Below are positions 62,930-64,000 of a stretch of DNA of 64,000 nucleotides, piece after piece; position 1 is the first letter of the stretch, and every line of letters begins with the position of its first letter. The notes below the pieces were generated by a model. The model made no database searches. It was given only the letters and a program-made list of their open reading frames with translations, and had not been told where the DNA came from. The position numbers and the translations under genes are program-made. Source of the DNA: Octopus sinensis (taxonomy: Eukaryota); assembly GCF_006345805.1 (NCBI RefSeq), contig NC_043003.1, positions 30,194,001 to 30,258,000 on the forward strand, written 5' to 3'.

Positions 62930-63500
62930 TTCAACAATATCTTCAGAAAAAATGTAAATTAACAAACTAAATTTCTGGTGTATCATGCTGCTGTTCCAAC
63001 CTTACTTGTGGAAATGGTCTTTTGAGTCTTTAGGAATAGCTGAAATCAACAGCATTGAAATCATCATCAACAAAAATCAGTTTACATGGACAGGTTATGT
63101 ACACTAAATGAGCAACAGCAGGCTTCTCCATTAGATCTTTTACAGTAAACTCAGCACCAGCAAAAGACCTTGCAAGTGCCCTCTGTGATGTTATATAAAG
63201 ATTAACTCAAACTATGAAGAAGACTAACATCCACTTCAAAACTGAGGAAGTACTAGTAACAGATTACAAATTCTGACATCAAAATTATCTCAACTGCTAC
63301 AGAATTGTTTGAAGAACATTATCACAGAAATAAAGGTGAAAAATCTGTCACTCCCAATCATGTCTTATTTTGCCTGCAAAGTGCAGCTTATATGAATGCC
63401 TGTTTCATCAAGAGATTGGTTTTCTCACTCAGCAAAAGTAACATCACAACAAATAAGAAAGGAAAAGCAAAAATCAAATTTCTGAAACAAAGATAGCTGC
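62930..63500 (+). mobile_element. Highly decayed RTE-like LINE 3' fragment
   Basis: NQFTWTGYVH*MSNSRLLH*IFYSKLSTSKRP resembles the RTE QLRWAGHV...RLPK...YGEL region. Confidence 0.55.
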
Positions 63501-64000
63501 CAATGACAATGACTCACATCATTATACATAGGTTTTGTATCAGGCTACCATATTTCTACTCTTACTCCTTCTGTAGTGCCACTCATCACCTCAACCCATT
63601 ACTTTCTTCTCAAACTCACATTTCCCATTGGCCATGTTATCACTTTTGTTCACCATTTACTACATTTACTTCTATCTCAATCTCTAAACATCCGTCACTC
63701 TCCTCTCACATGCTTGCAAACTTATATACCCACCCTTCCCAATCCTCTGACCCCATTCTCTCTTCTAATCAGTTTCTTGTACCCTCTTTATCTTTCTCTC
63801 CAGCTACTCCTGCACACCCTTATATAATGTTGGGTAGCCCTGTATCTCCTCTGCAGCAAGACACCTATTCATATCCTTCTGTCATACTTTAACCTAGGCA
63901 TGGGCAACCTTTTACAAGAAGTGGACTGCATGAAACATGGCTCATCATTAGGTAGGTTGCATGACTGCTTTAACCTTTGGACACCTGACGTAAATCCACC

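Overview
Eukaryotic, AT-rich, repeat-dense DNA. The SINE/RTE repertoire and gene type suggest an octopus (coleoid cephalopod) genome; this is an inference, not verified. The window is a cluster of tandem C2H2 zinc-finger genes with single-exon CDS and no KRAB or other known effector domain. Four ORFs are intact: D 20389-21822 (+, 14 fingers), E 31271-32470 (-, 12), F 43334-44185 (-, 8) and G 60409-61605 (+, 12). Three copies are broken or partial: A, B and C, all (-), at 7.7-11.4 kb around a 100-N gap. The first 29.5 kb is one large imperfect palindrome (arms about 111-13395 and 18607-29505). Its non-coding arms are highly similar, including an apparently identical 1.5-kb tract, while the finger arrays in the same arms are strongly diverged. 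The genes appear to share an unannotated architecture: a 16-bp upstream motif about 230-255 bp before a first splice donor, a conserved acceptor-plus-GT(A/G)ACATTGA motif, and an acidic N-terminal ME(D/E)(K/R)L peptide. The rest is transposon debris: RTE and CR1-group LINEs, tRNA SINEs, three mariners, a Helitron, piggyBac- and hAT-like MITEs, and a telomere-repeat-containing foldback family. Most short ORFs in the track are spurious. All identities were estimated by eye.
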